Shown here: positions 50,118 to 64,000 of the stretch, one piece after another
How the letters are laid out: every line of letters begins with the position of its first letter
Position numbering within the stretch: position 1 is the first letter of the stretch
Assembly (NCBI GenBank): GCA_030390025.1
Contig: CM059432.1
Coordinates: 620,001-684,000 of the forward strand
Direction of reading: 5' to 3'
Source of the DNA: Squalus acanthias
Taxonomy: Eukaryota
Length of the DNA: 64,000 nucleotides
The notes under the pieces: model-generated
Database searches by the model: none
What the model saw: only the letters and a program-made list of their open reading frames with translations
Told to the model about the DNA's origin: nothing
Program-made: the position numbers and the translations under genes

Positions 50118-50914
50118 CACCATTCAATAAGGCCATGGCTGATCTTCTACCTCAACTCCATTATCTACTAATCTTCTCTATTAATCTTCAAGCTGTAGAA
50201 ACTGGCGGGGGGGAGGGGGGACCTTTCAATTTCTCCTTAACAAGCCTTTCACAATAAAGACAACAGCATCAGTGAATCAACCTGCTGAACTCTCAGGAGA
50301 AATTTAAGTGTCAGCAAACATTACGACCCACTCCATTTACAGTAATTTACACAGAATATACAGCACAGAAACAGGCCATTCAGCTCAACTGGTCTATTAC
50401 AGTGTTTATGCTCCACACGAGCCTCCTCCCACCGCTCTTCATGTCACCTATTAGCATATCCTACTAATTTGGAAAATGACACTTTAATAAAATTTAGCAC
50501 ATGAGCTTGTTCCAAAACACAGAACAAATTAACCCACTTAGTGTGTTACTGATCATTATTCTCTGTGGGAAAATTAGTTTTTTAAAAATCTAAATATTTC
50601 AAGTGTGGAATGACAACTTTTAGAATTTTACTCGTACTCGCAAATAAAAAAATATGTGGCACTGCAGATTCAATGAAAGCTAATATTGCATAATTACAAA
50701 GAAATGTTGACAAGAAAGCCTGCTGAGCTCTGAACATAGCAAATGTAAGTCCCATTTACACAGAAATTCATGCAGACATTCTGCATCACACCTTTCACCG
50801 TCCACACTCTGTGACTCATACCGCACTGAAACATGCAAATTATGTTCTGCATCAATACCAGTGACTCATGTACCAGACTTTTTTGCATAGTATTTACTCA
50901 ACTGACAAGTTTAC

Positions 50915-53720
50915 ACAGGATATACGGCACAGAAACAGGCCATTCGTCCCAACCAGTCCATGCTGGCGTTTATGCTCCACTCAAGCCTCCTCCCATCTTT
51001 CCTCATCTAAATCTATCAGCATAACCCTCTATTCCCTTCTCCCTCATATTCTTATCTAGCCTCCCCTTAAATGCATCTATACTATTCGCTTCAAACACTC
51101 CCTGTGGTAGCGAGTTCCACATTCACACCACTCTCTGGGTAAAGAAGTCTCTTCTGAATTCCCTATTGGATTTCTTGGTGACTATCTTATATTGATGGCC
51201 TCTAGTTTTGCTCATCCCCACAAGTGGAAACACTCTGTATATACTGTTTCAAAGCCTTTCATAATTTTAAAGACCTCTATTAGGTTGCCCCTCAGCCTTC
51301 TCTTTTCAAGAGAAAAGAGACCCAGCCTGTTCATCCTTTCCTGATAGGTATACCCTCACATTTCTGGTATCATTCTTGTAAATCTTTTTTGCAACCTCTC
51401 CAGTGCCTCTATAGCCTTTTTAATAATATGGTGACCAGAATTGCACACAGTACTCCAAGTGTGGTCTAGCCAAGGTTCGATACAAGTTTAGCATAACTTC
51501 TCTACTTTTCAATCCCATCCCTCTAGAAATAAACTAGTGCTTGGTTTGCTTTTTTTATGGCCTTATTAACCTGTGTCGCTACTTTTAGTGATTTGTACTC
51601 TGAGATCCCTTTGCTCTTCTACCCCACTTAGATTCTTATTTTCCAAGTAATATGTGACCTCCCTTGATTCTTGTCTTTGTTATCTATGTGTGATGGTGGC
51701 CTGTAAGAGAAACTACTATTTTAAACAGAGGCCTGCGCAGAGAAGCTGTTGTGGCTTTCCGGCCAGGAAAATGGCTCGTGTGGAGCAGAAACACCAGCAT
51801 TGACCCGTTGGGCCAAATGGCCTGCTCTTGTGCTGTAAATTCTATGTAATGCTACAAAAAGGAGGCGGGGCCTGCAGAGACCCAGAAAGGTAAGTAGTTT
51901 ACTTTTTTTTGACTTTCCACAGAAGGAAAGTTTAGGCCTCTCCTGCTCTGGACATCTCCCCTTCCCTGTTCGCGAGGCCCTTCCAAACCCCCTCCCTCCC
52001 CACGACTTACCATAGAGTGCTTTGGTCCATTCCTTTGGTCCTTGGCCGTGACTTCCTGCTGCCCAACATCATGCTCCCGCCCGCCATCCAGCTGCCGCTT
52101 CCCGCCCAGGCAAATTTAATTTGAATTTAATGCCAAACACAATAATTACCTTTAATTAATTTCTCACTCGTGTCAACCCATGGTGCCTTTCTTAAAAAAA
52201 AGGATTACCAACTCTTATTACTCCTACAAGTGTAGTGCAGAATCACCAGAATGATGACTAAGGGTTAAATTATGAGGAAAGGTTGCATAGACGAGGCTTG
52301 TATTCCCTTGAGTATCGAATTCTAAGGGGTGGTCTAATCGAGGTGTTTATGGTGATTAAAGGATTTGATAGGGTAGATAGAGAGAAACTATTTCCTCTGG
52401 TGGTGGAGTCCTGAACAAGGGCACAGTCTTAAAATTTAGAGCTAGGCCTTTCAGGGGTGATGTCAGGAAGCACTTCTTCACACAATAGGCAGTGGAAATC
52501 TGGAACTCTCCCCAAAAAAGCTGTAGAGGCTGGGGGTCAATAGAAAAATACAAAACTGAGATTGATAGATTTTTGTTAGGCAAGGCTATTAAGGGTTACG
52601 GAACCAAGGTGGGTAGATGGAGTTAAGATACAGATCAGCCATAATCTAATTGAATGGCGGAACAGGTTCAAGGGGCTGAATGGCCTCCTCCTGTTCTATG
52701 CTCCGACAAGGTGCTCCCCTATTGGCCTCAGCAAAACTGGAAAGGCTGCTGTAGCTCATGTAGGGAACCTTGAGACGTTCGTGGCCATGACTCCTCGGTG
52801 TTTGAGCATGTGAGGGCCCGGCTGCAGACTCTTGTCAGGATAGTCTGGCCCAGTTGATTTGCTGGCACCATGGTAGGTATTGGTTGAGGGAGTGGCGAAG
52901 GAGTAAACATATTATCCTGAGAGAGGGCAACACAAACTGCTCCCATAGCACCACTGCCATTCACATGGGACCTGGGCTCATCACTTTCATTGATCTGCAG
53001 AAGAGCAGACTGCAGAAGGTGAGTGACACCTTGAAAGCCCTTACCTCTTTGGTCCACCAATCTGTCCAAGATGGACGCCTGTCTCCCCAAGGTCTTCTTC
53101 GAAATAGTGCCGTGGAATCTTTTACGTCCACCTGAGAGGGCAGACAGGGCCTTGGTTTAACATCTCATCCGAAAGATGGCACCTCTGACAAGATTTACAA
53201 GAATGATATCAGAAGTGAGAGGTTATAACTATCAGGAAAGACTGAACAGCCTCAAACCTGCTGGATGGCACGTGACTATGACTATGAGACTGAACAGGCT
53301 GGGGCTCTTTTCTCCCAGAAACGTGAAGACTGAGGGGTGACCTAATAGAGGTCTTTAAAATTATGAAGGGGTTTGATAGGCTAGACATAGAGAAGATGTT
53401 TCCACTTGTGGGGAGACCAAAACTAGGGGTCATAAGTATAATATAGTCATTAAGAAATCCAATAAGGAATTCAGGAGAAACTTCCCTCCCAGAGAGTGGT
53501 GAGAATGTGGAACTCACTACCACAGGGAGTGGTTGAGGCCAATAGTATAGATGCATTTAAGGGGAAGCAAAATAAGTAGATGAGGGAGAAAGGAATAGAA
53601 GGTTATGCTGATAGGGTGAGATGAAGTAGGGTGGGAGGAGGCTCGTGTGGGACATAAACACCAGCATAGACCAGTTGGACCGAATGGTCTGTTTCTGTGC
53701 TGTACATTGTATGTAACTCT
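50915..53720. mobile_element. Decayed CR1 3' fragments (50915-51660 minus; 52240-52700 plus; 53200-53720 plus)
   Basis: Recognisable CR1 3' end RT/UTR sequence. Confidence 0.7.
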
Positions 53721-54277
53721 GAATAAAGCCTGGTAGTCATACTGATGACATCAGGAGGGTGGGGGCAGTTTCTCACATGCCTCGACCTCGCCTACCCAAT
53801 CCTGCTCTGGCCTGATATCAGGGCTATTGAGCACATAGCTGGTTAAAAGCAGTTTGGAGAGGCCTGGGAGTAGCTCATCCACCTGTTCCTATATATATAT
53901 TGTGTGTATATTATACAAAGGAAACATAGCTTTCAGATAGTGCTGTAAACAAACATTAATACCATAAGAATTTGTTAACCTGGACCACAGGTTTGTTATT
54001 TTCCTTTTTCAGTACATGGATTGTCATTAGAAAGTTCCAAGGGATAAACTATAGGTTTTTTTTTGATCGAGGTATAGTTATGAATATAATTATTCATAAT
54101 CATATACTATACTTACTGCATTTTAAGCAGTGCACTACACAATGTGCCAGTCAGACTTTTTGTAGCACTAGCTTGATTATAGCACCATCTGCTGGGTAAA
54201 AGCAGTCTCAATCAGTTTATATATAAAAATGAGAAGTCGCACAACACCAGGTTATAGTCCAACAGTTTTATTTAAAA

Positions 54278-54314
54278 TTACGAGCTTTCGGAGCTCCGCT
54301 CCTTCTTCAGGTAA
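54278..54314 (-). ncRNA. Minimal type I hammerhead ribozyme (second family)
   Basis: TTAC-CTGAAGA-A-GGAGC-GGA-GCTCC-GAAA-GCTC-GTAA: stem I TTAC/GTAA, stem II GGAGC/GCTCC, palindromic AGCT. Confidence 0.75.
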
Positions 54315-54389
54315 AGGTACAGTGAGGGAATCTCACTTTATATAGAGTTTATATATATGAACAATAGGAACAGAAGGAGGCCAAAATAC

Positions 54390-57300
54390 AAAATTCTTTC
54401 AGGGCTTGACAGGGTAGATGCAGGGAGGATGTTTCCCCTGGTTGGGAGTCTAGAACCAGGGGTCACAGTCTCAGAATAAGGGGTCGGCCATTTAGGACTG
54501 AGATGAGGAGAAATTTCTTCACTCAGAGGGTGCTGAATCTTTGGAATTCTCTACCCCAGAGGGCTGTGAAGGCTCAGTCGTTAAGTATATTCAAGACAGA
54601 GATCGATAGATTTTTGAATATTAAGGCAATCAAGGGATATGGGGATAGTGCAGGAAAGTGGAGTTGAGGTAGGAGATCAGCCATGATCTTATTGACAGGG
54701 TAGATGCAAGGAGGATGTTTCCCCTGTAAGAATTTTGTATGTTTCACTGAGAGCGCCTCTCATTCTTCTAAACTCTAGAGAATATAGCCCTAGTCTACTC
54801 AATCTCTCCTCATAGGACAATCCCCCCATCCCAGGAACCAGTCTGGTGAACCTTCGTTGCACTCCCTCTAGAGATAGCGGATGCACTAAGTATGATTTTT
54901 CAGAATTCATTAGACTCGGGAACAGTGCCCATGGATTGGAGGGTAGCTAACGTTACCCCACTATTCAAAAAGGGGGGTAGGGAAAAAGCAGGTAATTACA
55001 GACCTGTAAGCCTTACATCAGTTGTGGGCAAAATGCTGGAGTCCATCATTAAGGATGAAATAGCGGAGCACTTAGCAAATGGGGACAGGATAGGACAGAG
55101 TCAACATGGATTTACAAAGGGTAAATCGTGCTTGACTAATCTATTGGAATTTTTTGAGGGAGTAACTGGTAAAATAGATGGGGGAGAGCCAGTAGATGTG
55201 GTGTACCTGGACTTCCAAAAGGCCTTCGATAAGGTCCCACATAAAAGATTAGCAGGGAAAATTGAAGCTCATGGGATAAAGGGGAAAGTATTGACGTGGA
55301 TAGAGAACTGGCTGTCAGATAGAAAACAGAGAGTTGGAATAAACGGCTCATTTTCTGAATGGCAGGCAGTAACAAGTGGGGTACCACAGGGATCTGTCCT
55401 GGGTCCCCAGCTGTTCACAATTTACATTAATGACCTGGATCAGGGAGTCGGATGCAGCATTTCCAAATTTGCAGACGACACTAAACTAGGAGGGGGGGGT
55501 GGGCTCAGAGGAGGAGACCAGGAAGCTCCAGAGCGATTTGGACAGACTGGGTGATTGGGCGGATAAATGGCAGATGCACTATAATGTGGACAAGTGCGAA
55601 GTTATCCACCTTGGGTGCAGGAACGGGAGGGCAAATTATTATTTAAATGGCAATAAATTGGGAGAGGGGGAAGTACAGAGAGACCTGGGTGTTCTTGTAC
55701 ACCAGTCACTGAAGGCGAGCATGCAGGTGCAACAGGCGATCAAGAAGGCAAACGGTATGCTGGCCTTCATAGCAAAAGGGTTGGAATACAGGAACAGGGA
55801 TACCTTGCTGCAGCTGTACAGGGCACTGGTGAGACCACACCTCGAGTACTGTGTACAGTTTTGGTCGCCTCATCTGAGGAAAGATGTTCTTGCCATGGAG
55901 GGGGTGCAGCGGTGATTCACCAGGCTGATACCAGGAATGGCGGGATTGACCTATGAGGAGAGACTATGTAGTTTAGGGATGTACACACTGGAGTTTAGAA
56001 GATTGAGAGGGGACCTCATAGAAGTGTATAAAATTCTGACAGGTCTAGACAGACTAGATGCAGAAGGAATGTTTCCCTTGGCGGGTGAGAACAGAACTAG
56101 AGGACATAATTTAAGGATAAGGGCTAAACCATTTAGGACAGAAATGAGGGGGAATTTCTTCACTCAGAGGGTGGTGAACCTGTGGAACTCATTGCCACAG
56201 AGGGCAGTGTACGCCAGCTCATTAAATATATTTAAGAGGGAATTAGATATATTTCTACAGGCAAAAGGGGTTAAGGGTTACGGAGAGAAGGCGGGGACGG
56301 GATACTGAATTGGAGGATCAGCCATGATCTCATTAAATGGCGGAGCAGGCTCGAAGGGCCGGATGGCCTACTCCTGCTCCTATCTTCTATGTATCTATGT
56401 ATCTATGTATCCTTCCTTAGGTAAGGAGACCAAAACTATACACAATACTCCAGGTGTGATCTCACCAGGGCCCTATATAATTGCAGTAAGATGTCTTTAC
56501 TCTTATACTCAAATCCTCTTGTAATAAAGGCCAACATACCATTTGCTTTCCTAATTGCTTGCTGTACCTGCATGTTAACTTTCAGTGATTTGTGTACAAG
56601 GATACCCAAGTCCCTCTGAACACCAACATTTCCCAATCTCTCACCATTTAAAAAATACTCTGCTTTTCTATTTTTCCTACCAAAGTGGATAACTTCATAT
56701 TTCTCCACATTTTATATTCCATTTGCCATATTCCTGCCCACTCACTTAGCCTGTCTATATCCCCTTGAAGCCTCCTTGCATCCTCCTTACAATTTACATT
56801 CCCACCCAGCTTTGAATCATCAGCAAACGCGGATATATTACATTTGGTCCCCTCATCCAAATCATTGATGTAGATTGTGAATAGCTGAGGCCCAAGCACT
56901 GATCCTCGTGGTACCCCACTAGTTACAACCTGCCAACCCGAAAATGACCCGTTTATTGCTACTCTCTGTTTTCTGTCCGTTCACCAATCCTCAATCCATG
57001 CTAGTATATTACCCCCAATCCCATGAGCCCTAATTTTGTTTAATAACCTTTTATGCGGCACCTTATCGAATGCCTTCTGAAAATCCAAATACACCACATC
57101 CACTGGTTCCCCCTTATCGATTCTGCTAGTTACAACCTCAAAAAACTCTTAACAGATTTGTCAAACACGATTTCCCTTTAATAAATCCGTGTTGACTCCG
57201 CCCAATCCTATTATTATTTTCTAATTGCCCTGTTACCACGTCCTTAATAATAGATTCTAGCATTTTCCCTACTACTGATGTCAGGCTAACTGGTCTGTAG

Positions 57301-59220
57301 TTCCCCATTTTCTCTCTCCCTCTTTTCTTAAATAGTGTGGTTACATTTGCTACCTTCCAATCCGCAGGAACCATTCTAGAATCTATGGAATTTTGGAAAA
57401 TGACAGGTTGGGTGAGTGGGCAGAAGCGTGGCAGATGCAATATAACGTGGATAAATGCGAGGTTACCCACTTTGGTGTCAAAAACAGAAAGGCAGACTAT
57501 TATCTGAATGGCAATAGATTGGGAGAAGGGGAAGTGCAACGAGACCTGGGTGTCCCTTGCGCACCAGTCGCTGAAGGTAAGCATGCAGGTGCAGCAGGCG
57601 GTGAAGAAGGCAAATGGTATGTTGGCCTTCATAGCGAAAGGGTTTGAGTATAGGAACAGGGATGTCCTGCTGCAGTTGCACAGGGCCTTGGTGAGACCAC
57701 ACCTTGAGTACTGTGTGCAGTTTTGGTCGCCTTATCTGAGGAAGGATGTTCTTGCCATGGAAGGAGTTCAGCGAAGATTCACAAGGCTGATACCTGGGAT
57801 GGCAGGAATGACATATGAGGAGAGATTGGGTCGATTAGGCTTATACTCGCTGGAGTATGGAAGAATGAGAGGGGATCTCATCGAAACATATAAAATTCTG
57901 ACAGGTCTGGGCAAACTAGATGCAGGAAGAATGTTCCCGATGGTCGGAGAATCCAGAACCAGGGGTCATAATCTAAGGATAACGGGTAAGCCATTTAGGA
58001 CAGAAATGAGGAAGAATTTCTTCACCCAGAGAGTGGTGAACCTGTGGAATTCTCTACCACAGAAGCTAGTTGAGGCCAAGTCATTAAATATATTGAAGAA
58101 TGAGTTAGATATATTTCTTAAAGAAAAAGGTATCAAGGGATATGGGGAGAAGGCAGGTACAGGGTACTGAGTTTGGATGATCAGCCATGATCTCATCGAA
58201 TGGCGGAGCAGGCTCGAGGGGCCGAGTGGCCTACTCCTGCTCCTAGCTTCTATGTTTCTATGTAACCTCACCTGCAGCTGCCATCTCTTCCAGCCTATGG
58301 AGGGAGTCACTGGAGAGTCTGGGTGCAAGAGCTCACCTTTGTACAGTGTTTGCAGCACCTCAATGCTGTCAAACACAGAAATGAGCTGTCAAAGAAAAAT
58401 TGTGTGTGGTCCCTTTAAGAAAACCGGCAGATGACGCGTCATCAAATGACATCATCTGATTGGCTTCCTCTTAATTGGCTGGCAAGCCTGCAGGGCGGGC
58501 TTAACAAGGTCAATCAATGTAAAATCATGTCCATGGGCTGGATGTAGTTGGGGGTGGGACTGGAAGCCGGAAACCACCTGACCCGCTGCCAACCTGCATC
58601 TATTTACAAAATCGCGGCCAAAGTATTTGTTTAATTTCTCTGCCATTTCTTTATTCCCCATTATAATTTCTCCTGTCTCAGCTTGTAAGGGACCCACATT
58701 TACTTTCGCTAATCTTTTCCTTTTTTACATACCTAGAGAAGCTTTTACAATCTGGTTTTATGTCTTGCTAGTTTACTCTCATATTCTATTTTCCCTTTCT
58801 TTATCAATTTCTTGGTCCTCCTTTGCTGAATTCTAAAATCCTCCCAATCCTCAGGCTTACTACTCTTTTTGGCAGCATTATAAGCCTCTTCCTTTGATCT
58901 AATACTATCTTTAACTTCTCTTGTTAACCACGGTTGGATCATTTTTCCTGTGGGGTTTTTGTGCCTTAAAGGAATGTATATTTGTTGTAAATTATGTATT
59001 AATTCTTTAAATGCTAGCAATTGCTCATCCACTGTCATACCTTTTAATGTAGTTTCCCAATCTACCTTAGCCAACTCGCCCCTCATACCTACGTAGTTTG
59101 CTTTGTTTAGATTTAAGACCCTAGTTTCAGAGTTAACTCAGTCACTTTCAAACTCAATATAAAATTCTATCAAATTATGGTCACTCTTCCCTAAAGGCCC
59201 CTTTACAACAAGGTTATTCT
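54390..59220. mobile_element. Cluster of nested CR1 LINEs: a minus-strand host split by plus-strand copies at ~54870-56410 and ~57402-58262
   Basis: RT ORFs on both strands with abrupt junctions and CR1 tails. Confidence 0.85.
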
Positions 59221-60699
59221 AAAAGTTATGTATCCTGGGATATTTAGTTCCCACTTGGCCACTTTGCAACCATGTCTCCGTTATGGCTATTAGATCAAAC
59301 CTGTTAATAAACCTGTAAAAGATCCCATGGCACTATTCGAAGAGCAGGGGAGTTCTCCCCAGGCCAATATTTATTCAACCAACACCTAGAACAGATGATC
59401 TGGTCATTTATCTCATGTTTCCTACATTATAATAGTTTTATGGTCAAAAGTTTTATGGGAATTTCTGACCAGTTTCCTCAGTTATTTATTTAATCCTGCT
59501 GGCACTTATGTTCTCATTACTACTTACCTTATCATAATTCTTCATATTTTCATAGATTGTTTCCACTGGTCAGTGAGACAGCAAAGAGAAAGTACAACTT
59601 AAAGATAATTTTCAAAATTTTGAATTCTCTGCCAAAAACCATTGTCATAAGAACATAAGAAATAGGAGCAGGAGTAGGCCATTCAGCCCCTCAAGCCTGC
59701 TCCGCCATTTAATGAGATCATGGCTGATCCAATTTTGGCCTCAACTTCACTTTCCTGCCTGCTCCCCATAAGCCTTGACTCCCCTGTTGCTCAAAAATCT
59801 GTCTATCTCAGCCTTGAATATATTAATGACTCAGCTTCCACAGCTCTCTGGGTCGAAGCAAAGTCCATACATTCTTTTAATGGGATTGGATAGTTGCTCG
59901 AAAGCTTTGGGGACTGAGCAGGAGAGTGGGACAAGACTAGGTGGCTCAAGGGGAGAAAACACATCGATGCAGAATTCATGGGTAGAATGACCTTTTCATG
60001 TGCTGCAACATCCTATGGGTCTATGATTTCTTTGCTGCTTATCTGCTAAACAAAAAAATCCTAGGGTCACTGGAGCTAGATCCTACTACCAGCTGTATCT
60101 GGATCCCTGTATCAAAGCCAATTCTAACAAGACGTGGCTCGATCCTCATAAAACACGATGAGCTTTATGTTATTGTACATTGCATTTACAACATTGTAGG
60201 TTAGAAATTCCAGTCAGCGGGAGGGAGGTGGACAAGCGGTGATTCCAGTGGTGGGGTAAGATCCCAATTTCGGAAAAGGGTCCTAAAACAGGCATTAGCT
60301 ATGGCGAACCAATATGGCGTCGGAGGTGGTTTAACGCTGTTCAAGCGTGGCAGGTTGACCCTTAATTTGGACCTCTGTGCACCTATTTTCCACCCAGAAA
60401 ATGGGTGTGACAAGGTCCAGTTTCACCCGTTATCTCCTGCAACCGACTTCCTTTCCTCTGGCCTGTCATCCACATTGACATGATGCTTCCACTGGTGTGC
60501 TCTCCGACCTTCAATGCCTTTGTCCCCACCAGGTACCAAGCCAATCCCACCATTCCCTCAGTACTTCAGCCAGAGTGCATGTACCAATCAGCTGGCTCAA
60601 CCGCGTTAGGTAATATTGCGGCAGACAAATGCTCCTATTAGTTCAGAGCCACCTGGGAAGGCAAGACTGACCCCCAAACTCCATTTCATACCATGGACT

Positions 60700-61495
60700 C
60701 ATAGAAATTTACAGCACGGAAGGAGGCCATTTCGGCCCATCTGTGTCCGCGCCGGCCGACAAAGAGCTATCCAGCTGAATTCCACTTTCCAGCTCTTGGT
60801 CCGTAGCCCTGTAGGTAACGGCACTTCAAGTGCACATCCAAGCACTTTTTAAATGATGTGAGGGTTTCTGCCTCTACCACCCTTTCAGGCAGTGAGTTCC
60901 AGACCCCCACCACCCTCTGGGTGAAGAAATTTCCCCTCAAATCCCCTCTAAACCTCCTACCAATTACTTTAAATCTCTGCCCCCTGGTTGTTGACCCCTC
61001 TGCTAAGGGAAATAGGTCCTTCCTATCCACTCTATCAAGGCCCCCCCTCATAATTTTATATACCTCAATAAGGTCTCCCCTCAGCCTCCTCTGTTCCAAA
61101 GAAAACAACCCCAGCCTATCCAATCTTTCCTCATAGCTAAAATTCTCCAGTCCAAGCAACATCCTTGTAAATCTCCTCTGTACCCTCTCTAGTACAATCA
61201 CATCTTTCCTGTAATGTGGTGACCAGAACGGTACGCAGTACTCTCGCTGTAGCTAGTGTTTTATACAGTTCCAGCATAACCTCCCTGCTCTTGTATTCTA
61301 TGTCTCGGCTAATAAAGGCAAATATTCCATATGCCTTCTTAACCACCTTGTCTACCTGTCCTGCTACCTTCAGGGATCTGTGGACATGCACACCAAGCTC
61401 CCTTTGTTCCTCTACACTACTCAGTGTCCGACCATTTAATGTGTATTCCCTTTCGTTGTTAGCTCTCCCCAAATGCATTACCTCACACTTCTCCA
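60700..61495 (-). mobile_element. CR1 3' fragment
   Basis: LERVQRRFTRML...RGDLIEVYKI ORF remnants and tail. Confidence 0.85.
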
Positions 61496-62585
61496 CTGTA
61501 GATCCACATGGAGGTTGCCGAAGAGCAGGTATGTTTTTGTTTCAAGAAATGTTTAAACTTACCTTAATGTGGAGTCAGGAGTAGCAGGAATGCTTGCCAG
61601 CTCATGCTCGGCCCCCTCCCCACCGCCCCCAGGACCTACCTGAGGGCCCCTGGTGAGCTGCCTGGTAGTCGTCCACAGTCTGCCAGACTTATTAAAATGA
61701 GACCCAAGGTCCAATGTCGATTGGGCCTCAGGCCCTACTTGTTTTGGTGCAGGGACTGTTCCCTGAGCCCATTTTGCGATGGCTCAGCAGCACTGTGGTG
61801 TCCTAGCACTCTGATATTGTCGTGGTTTGTGCAGGTGAAACAACACCCTATACTGCCAAGGTACTTTGTTCATTTATTTACCTCCTTTTTTTGCCAAAAA
61901 AGTAAAGAAAATATTTTCCCCCCAATCCTAGAGGATTTTCCATCAAAAAGGTCAAATAAGTACTGGTAACATTTCAGTTTAGTTATAGTTTAATCAAACA
62001 ATAGTACAGTACAACTTAAAGATTATTATTTGGTTCAGTACATTGACCTAACTCTGTGTATTTGTGAGGGATGGTGCTTAGAAAGTTGCATAGCATGTTT
62101 TTTATTGAAATGCCGAAATAATATTTCAACACTCATTTATTAACTAATAGATTGGCTGTTGATAAAAGATTAGGTTTATGGCAGAAAAATTAACCATCAC
62201 CAAGAGACATTGAGGGAAGCTTTCCTTCGTTTGCTATTTATAGCAAAAGTGTAAATGCGTTCTTTACTCTCATGTTGATAATTTCATCACCAACTGCAAA
62301 TAAGAAGTCCTACCCATCAGCTCTTAATGGATCAAAAGCCAAGATCAATTAGGTTCCAGTAACAAGTTAAAATTACACACAATTGTTACTTTTAATTTAA
62401 ATAAAATTAAAAAAAAAGGATGCACAATAAACCCTTTACATGGCTCAATAATTTTCATGTTACATCTTTACGACCACTCAACTGAATTGTGTCCCCAGTC
62501 AGAAGCAGGTGCCTTTTTACAGTTCTCACTGTACTTTGATGTGTTTGTCAGAAGTGGGCCTTGTGCCTAGTGTGGTTCCACATCT

Positions 62586-62669
62586 TCAGCTTTCTCCACT
62601 TCTTTGTTTTGATTGAAGCTGTCTGATCAGACGATCATTCCTTGTAAGATCTGCTGGCAATTCTTCTTC
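62586..62669 (-). CDS. ANKRD29: ANKRD29 last coding exon
   Basis: CAG acceptor then EEELPADLTRNDRLIRQLQSKQRSGES*, resembling the ANKRD29 C-terminus (ELPAELTKNERILRLLRSK as recalled); same strand and side as the known NPC1-ANKRD29 synteny; AT-rich 3'UTR with AATAAA at 62136-62141 and 62101-62106. Confidence 0.8.
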   Translation of the reverse strand, partial: EEELPADLTRNDRLIRQLQSKQRSGES

Positions 62670-63354
62670 CTGAAACATAAAGTGCAAATTGAGACTTCCA
62701 TTATATTTCAGTGTGGCTGATCTCCCAGGACGGGGCCAGATGTCGTGAAAGATTATACACAGAAGCCAGCACTGGTAATACATAGAAGTTACAACATGGG
62801 AACAGGCCAGTCCGTGCCAGTGTTTACCCTCCACACGACCAAATAGTTCTGATCACGTGTACCCACCCTCCCACCCCCGTTCCCAAATCCCTTCAGCCCT
62901 TTTTCCTTCATCCACCTGGTAAGCAGATTCTCAGAACTGGTAACACTTCAAGCAGTCGTCTACCACGTGGCATGTAGAATCATGCAGTACAGAAGGAGGC
63001 CATTTGGCCCATCATGCCTGTGCTGGCTCTTTGAAAGAACTATCCAATTAGTCTCACTCCCCTGCTCTTTCCCCATAGCCCTGCAAATTTTTTCCCTTCA
63101 AGTATATATCCAATTCGCTTTTGAAAACAAAATTAACAAAGTGCTTATTTCACAATGTGAAGCATCTCTACTGAACTATTCCTATCTATTTTAAAGTAAC
63201 CAGCAAATATAAATGTTTGACATTTTGCTGCATTAATAAGGAACTGAATTAACCGCCTCGATGAGCTTGTCTCCGAGAGCTCTGGTAGGTAACGGCACTG
63301 GTGATCGATGCCTCTCCTCCCCTTCTTCCTGCAATTCCTCCTCTTCTTGCTCCT

Positions 63355-64000
63355 CATAGAATCATAGAAAGTTACAGCACGGAAGGAGGCCATTTCGGCC
63401 CATCGTGTCCGCGCCGGCCAACAAAGAGCTATCCAGCCTAATCCCACTTCCCAGCTTTTGGTCTGCAGCCCTGCAGGTTAGAGCATCCCAAGTGCACATC
63501 CAAGTACTTTTTAAATGTGGTTAGGGTTCCTGCCTCTACCACCCTTTCAGGCAGTGAGTTCCAGACCCCCACAACCCTCTGGGTGAAGAAATTTCCCCTC
63601 AAATCCCCTCTAAACCTTCCCCCAATTACTTTAAATCTGTGCCCCCTGGTTTTTCACCCCTTTGCTCAGGGAAATAGGTCCTTTCTATCCACTTTATCTA
63701 TGCCCCTCATAATTTTATACACCTCAATAAGGACTCCCCTCAGCCTCCTCTGTTCCAAGGAAAACAGACCCAGCCTATCCAGTCTTTCCTCATAGCTAAG
63801 ATTCTCGACTCCCGGCAACATCCTTGTAAATCTCCTCTGTACCCTCTCTAGTGCAATCACATCTTTCCTGTAATGTGACCAGATCTGCACGCAGTACTCT
63901 AGCTGAGGCCTAACTAGTGTTTTATACAGTTGAAGCATAACCCCCCTGCTCTTGTATTCTATGCCACGGCTAATAAAGGCAAGCATTCCGTATGCCTTCT
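63355..64000 (-). mobile_element. CR1 3' fragment in the ANKRD29 last intron; same subfamily as 29790-31077
   Basis: RT C-terminal ORF and TTCTATGATTCTATG tail. Confidence 0.85.

Overview
Vertebrate, most likely cartilaginous-fish, genomic DNA; this is inferred from shark-type HE1/V-SINE and Deu-SINE repeats and abundant CR1 LINEs. Host genes: coding exons 1-7 of NPC1 on the minus strand (30-12949, with a CpG-island promoter) and the last coding exon of ANKRD29 on the minus strand (62586-62669), matching the known vertebrate NPC1-ANKRD29 order. The ~49 kb between them is densely packed with nested mobile DNA. (1) A young 6.8 kb provirus (33299-40107, near-identical LTRs, tRNA-Gln PBS, GACT target duplication) with no gag, whose interior appears chimeric: an RT remnant, the C-terminus of a non-gamma env-like membrane protein split by a MITE, an integrase tail and a gamma-type env. 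(2) An R2-like RLE retroelement outside rDNA whose CCHC knuckle is split by a 1.66 kb solo LTR; a second, diverged copy of that LTR lies 30 kb away. (3) Harbinger-type and hAT MITEs. (4) Penelope-type repeats carrying minimal hammerhead ribozyme cores. (5) Many nested CR1/L2/RTE LINE and SINE copies. All family assignments come from motif recognition by eye; no database searches were run.
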